From an uncultured Clostridia bacterium (lineage in GTDB: Bacteria; Bacillota; Clostridia; HGM11327): DNA of 64,000 nt. Numbering within the stretch: position 1 is the first letter of the stretch; each line of letters starts with the position of its first letter. Below are positions 60,551 through 64,000 of this stretch, one piece after another. The stretch spans positions 42 to 64,041 of the forward strand of contig CAMEIT010000002.1 in NCBI GenBank assembly GCA_945918795.1. Reading direction: 5' to 3'. Under the pieces are notes generated by a model, which was given only the letters and a program-made list of their open reading frames with translations, was not told the DNA's origin and searched no databases. A program made the position numbers and the translations under genes.

Positions 60551-62179
60551 TTATAAGGTTTCTCTTACTGTTATTCCGCACTCGAACTCGATTTCGATTT
60601 CTTTGTTGGACAGTACGGTGATTTTCCGCACAAGGCTTTTGAACATCACTCGGTCGAACTCTTCAAGTATCTTCCCTGTCTGTAGCAGTTTGGTCACTTC
60701 TTCGATTCGATACGATGCGAGTTGGACTTTTCCTTGCTCGGACAGTATCTCTTCTTTTCTCATAAGCAGTTGGTCAATTTTCATTCCGACCTGCTGACTT
60801 TGATGTTCGTACTCTTTATCGGTAATCTCCCCGTTGTTCCTTATCGTCAGCAGTTCCATCATCTGCTCTTGTAGTTTTTCTATCTCGGCACTCACTTCAT
60901 TTATCGCTGTCGCACAAGAGTCCGTTATTTCGCTCACGATTGCACTTTGCAGTTTTTCGAGTATTTGTTCCTTGTCTCCTATAAGTTCGTTCAGCGCCCT
61001 TACAAACGCTTTTTCAAGGGCTTCTTCCTTGATAGGTCGACTCTTGCAGTATTCCGCGCCCGTGTTTTCGTGTCTTTTGCACACCCATATGTAGTACTTC
61101 TTATATTTGTTGTACTGTTGGTGTCTTCGGTAGGTTTCTCCGCATTCGCCGCATACTATCATTCCACTGAACGGGTATTTCCCTGAAAACTTTCCGCATC
61201 CCGTTTCGCCTGTGCTTCGTAGCGACTGTCTGTTTTGGAACTCTTGCTGTACCATCTCGAATGTTTCTTTCGATATGATAGCCGCGTGACTATCTTCCAC
61301 ATACCAACTCTGTGCGAACCCTTCGTTTTTAATTCGTCTTGGGGATAGGAAGTCAGGAAGGTATGTTTTTTGCAGGTGGCAATCGCCTTTGTACTTCTCA
61401 TTTTGCAGTATCGACTTCACCGTTGACGGATGCCATGTTTCTCTGCCCGATGGTGATGCGATACCATCTCGCTCAAGCCCTTCGGCGATTTCTTTCAGGC
61501 TTTTGCCGTCAAGGAACTCCGCATATATCCTTCTAACCGTTATTGCCTCTTCTGGCACTATTTTTAGCACCGTCCCCTTCTTGTCTCTCGTATATCCAAG
61601 GAAGTGTTTCGTGTTAAGTATTACCTTACCCTCTTGGAACTTTTTCTTGACGCTCCACCTAATATTATTGGATATGCTCCGACTCTCTTCTTCTGCAAGG
61701 CTTGCCATAATCGTAAGGACGAACTCGCTCCGCTCTTGTAGCGTATCGAGGTTTTCTTTCTCGAATATGATTCCGATACCATCTGCTTTCAGTTTTCTTG
61801 CGGTCTGTACGCAGTCGAGTGTGTTTCTTGCGAATCGGCTGACCGATTTCGTAATTATAAGGTCTATCTTTCCGTCTTCGCAGTCCTTTATCATTCGTTT
61901 GAACTGCACTCGCTTGGTATTCTTCCCGCTCAAGCCGGGGTCGGCATAAATGTCAACCATCGTCCAATCGTCATGGCTTGCTATGAGTTTGGTGAAGTGG
62001 TCAACCTGTGCCTCGTAACTGCTTTCCTGTTCTTCGTGGTCGGTCGACACTCGTGCGTATGCAGCCACTCGTATTTTTGGCTTTTGTCCCATCGCTACCG
62101 ACATAGGGTCAAGTCGTTCGGCCCTCGTCTTCGCGGGGATAATCGTAATTTTGGGTTTAGTGTTTGCACAGTTTTCCAT
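60551..62179 (-). CDS. Large serine recombinase (resolvase/invertase N-terminal domain, recombinase domain, zinc ribbon and coiled-coil)
   Basis: IRVAAYARVSTDHEEQ catalytic-Ser motif, C-terminal Cys cluster (CGECG...C) and a coiled-coil region. Start placed at MENCANT, which has an AGGAAA RBS. It overlaps the upstream recombinase stop by ~23 nt. Confidence 0.75.
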   Translation of the reverse strand: MENCANTKPKITIIPAKTRAERLDPMSVAMGQKPKIRVAAYARVSTDHEEQESSYEAQVDHFTKLIASHDDWTMVDIYADPGLSGKNTKRVQFKRMIKDCEDGKIDLIITKSVSRFARNTLDCVQTARKLKADGIGIIFEKENLDTLQERSEFVLTIMASLAEEESRSISNNIRWSVKKKFQEGKVILNTKHFLGYTRDKKGTVLKIVPEEAITVRRIYAEFLDGKSLKEIAEGLERDGIASPSGRETWHPSTVKSILQNEKYKGDCHLQKTYLPDFLSPRRIKNEGFAQSWYVEDSHAAIISKETFEMVQQEFQNRQSLRSTGETGCGKFSGKYPFSGMIVCGECGETYRRHQQYNKYKKYYIWVCKRHENTGAEYCKSRPIKEEALEKAFVRALNELIGDKEQILEKLQSAIVSEITDSCATAINEVSAEIEKLQEQMMELLTIRNNGEITDKEYEHQSQQVGMKIDQLLMRKEEILSEQGKVQLASYRIEEVTKLLQTGKILEEFDRVMFKSLVRKITVLSNKEIEIEFECGITVRETL

Positions 62180-63635
62180 TAATATTTCCTGCCCTCCCGT
62201 TTGTATATTCTTTCGTTGTCTTATATCCATTTTGGAACTCGAATGTAATCGTCCAGTCTTTTATTGTTGCTTTTACAAGGAACTCCGCCATTTGTTCCGT
62301 CATCTCATCCGATTTTCTATATTTCCCTTTTACCATATCTCTCGTTCGTAGATTCTTTATGAGAGTTTCTTGTTCTTTTATCTTTATAAGTATTTTATCG
62401 GTTTCTTCTCGGCATTTGGTTTCGGATATATAACCTTTCGCTCGTAATTGTCGCAGTTCTTGCTCGTTGGCAATAAGTTTTCGCAAGGTCTCTTCTTGCT
62501 CCGTTACGCCATTCACTTCGTTATTAGCATCAATGCTTTCATTGTAGGCTTCAATCAGCAGTCTTGTAACGACTTCGTCTTTGATGTCGTGGGATGGGCA
62601 TTCCTTTGCCCCATAAATATCCTTTTTTCGACAAGTCCACTTTATACACACATATGGTGTTCCGTGTGCCGAAGTTTTTCTTTTGAAACTCGTTCCGCAC
62701 TCTCCGCATATCAGTTTTCCTGATAGCGGATATAATGCCGTAGGTGACCCCATCGGTCGATATTTATTGCTGCGTAACACCATCATCTTCTGTACTTTTT
62801 GGTAGTCTTCACGCGACACAATCGGTTCGTGATCGTCTTGGACATAGTATTGGGGGAGTTCTCCGTAGTTGTACTTCTGCACTTTCATTGTGCTGTATGT
62901 CTTCTGCATAAGACTATCGCCGCAGTACTTTTCGTTTCGCAACATACCCATTACTGTCGATTTACTCCATCGTCCGCCATGCATTGGGGTGTATCCTTCG
63001 TTTTCGAGAATATGGCATATGCTTATAAACGAGTTGCCTTGCAGGTACAGTTCGAAGATTCTTCGTACTATGACCGCTTCTTTCTCGTTTATCACTAACT
63101 TTCCATCGACCATATCGTACCCAAGTATTCGCGTCAGTTCCACACTTCCATTTGCGAATCGTTTCCGTGCCGCCCATTTTTGGTTTTGACTCATCGATAT
63201 TAATTCTTCTTCGGCGAGACTTGCCATAACCGTGAGAATTAAACCGCACTTGGGGTCAAGGGTATGTATATTTTCGGACTCGAATATGATTTCAACTCCT
63301 ATATCTCGGAACTCTCTCACTATTTCCATTAGTTCGACTTTGTTCCGAGCGAATCTCGAAACCGACTTCGTATATATTCTGTCGATTTCACCATTTCGCA
63401 CTTTTTGAAACATCCTTTTGAGTCCATCGCGCTTTTTCATAAATGCACCGCCGATGCCCTCATCAGAGAATAATCCTATATACTCTACGGACTCGTCAAT
63501 TTCGAATCGTCTTTGCCAATAGTTAGACTGGAACGCGAAACTATCTTCTTGGGCATCGCTATCGGTACTGACTCGCACATAGGCACATACCCGTGGCTTC
63601 TCTTCTTTTTTCGTAGGTATCTCTTGAATAATCAT
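62157..63635 (-). CDS. Large serine recombinase (second paralog in the tandem pair)
   Basis: RVCAYVRVSTDSDAQ catalytic motif, recombinase domain and a CGECG zinc ribbon. AAAGGAG RBS. Confidence 0.8.
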   Translation of the reverse strand: MIIQEIPTKKEEKPRVCAYVRVSTDSDAQEDSFAFQSNYWQRRFEIDESVEYIGLFSDEGIGGAFMKKRDGLKRMFQKVRNGEIDRIYTKSVSRFARNKVELMEIVREFRDIGVEIIFESENIHTLDPKCGLILTVMASLAEEELISMSQNQKWAARKRFANGSVELTRILGYDMVDGKLVINEKEAVIVRRIFELYLQGNSFISICHILENEGYTPMHGGRWSKSTVMGMLRNEKYCGDSLMQKTYSTMKVQKYNYGELPQYYVQDDHEPIVSREDYQKVQKMMVLRSNKYRPMGSPTALYPLSGKLICGECGTSFKRKTSAHGTPYVCIKWTCRKKDIYGAKECPSHDIKDEVVTRLLIEAYNESIDANNEVNGVTEQEETLRKLIANEQELRQLRAKGYISETKCREETDKILIKIKEQETLIKNLRTRDMVKGKYRKSDEMTEQMAEFLVKATIKDWTITFEFQNGYKTTKEYTNGRAGNINGKLCKH

Positions 63636-64000
63636 TTTTCACGCTCCTTTCTTGTTTGCCTTTCGGCTCTTTCGACTGGATTTGAACTGCGATTAAAAAT
63701 TTGTCCCGCCCTTTTTATTGGGCAGGACAAACAATACCGTGCTCACCTATAAAAGTCCAGACAAAAACCGCCTTAATCTGAAACTTTTTTGATAATTCTT
63801 TCCTTCTCTGACGAAGTAATTAAACCCCGCTTCAAAAGGCTTTTTATGACGCTTTCAATTATCTGTTTTTCCATCGTCTTCACCGTCCTTTTTGCCGAGC
63901 TGTTTAATAATCTGATTAGCACCCGTAGCCGTCAGTCCGCTTGCTCCGCCGATGACGATTGCCACCACGATGTTCGGTGCCGGGATAATGCTCGGCACGG

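Larger units (their letters stand above)
60274..64000. mobile_element. Left end of an integrated mobile element (serine-recombinase type) adjacent to the tRNA-Arg gene; the element continues beyond the window
   Basis: A tRNA gene is followed within 280 bp by two co-oriented large serine recombinases, then a terminator, then small cargo ORFs running off the window edge. Confidence 0.55.

Overview
This 64 kb window looks like chromosome from a low-GC, spore-forming Firmicute of the Clostridia (Oscillospiraceae/Ruminococcus-like). The evidence is a CwlD-type amidase, a glgC-glgD-glgA-glgP glycogen operon, a cohesin/cadherin-like surface protein and AGGAGG-type ribosome binding sites. Most of the window is housekeeping and carbohydrate metabolism. 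It includes a GH3 / FucI-like isomerase / xylulokinase pentose operon, a GH78-like hydrolase, a 2629-aa cyclic beta-1,2-glucan synthase-like gene, pyruvate kinase, IMP dehydrogenase and tmcAL. There are five tRNA genes: an initiator tRNA-Met fragment at the left edge, a Lys-Asp-Thr cluster, and tRNA-Arg.

The accessory content is concentrated in five places:
- a translationally coupled RhuM-like / Doc (Fic) module;
- an IS200/IS605-type (HuH Y1) transposase carrying a perfect 25-bp internal inverted repeat, flanked together with an MBL-fold hydrolase by ~46-bp direct repeats;
- two tandem 92-nt structured repeats inside the glycogen operon;
- a ~760-bp ORF-free region upstream of guaB with consensus promoters, a terminated small transcript and a thrice-repeated ~17-nt motif, followed by a small membrane protein and an orphan DpnI-like methyl-directed restriction endonuclease;
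- tRNA-Arg followed by two tandem large serine recombinases, which marks the edge of an integrated element running off the right end of the window.

No CRISPR array and no rRNA were seen. All calls were made by reading the sequence and the ORF translations; no database searches were run.
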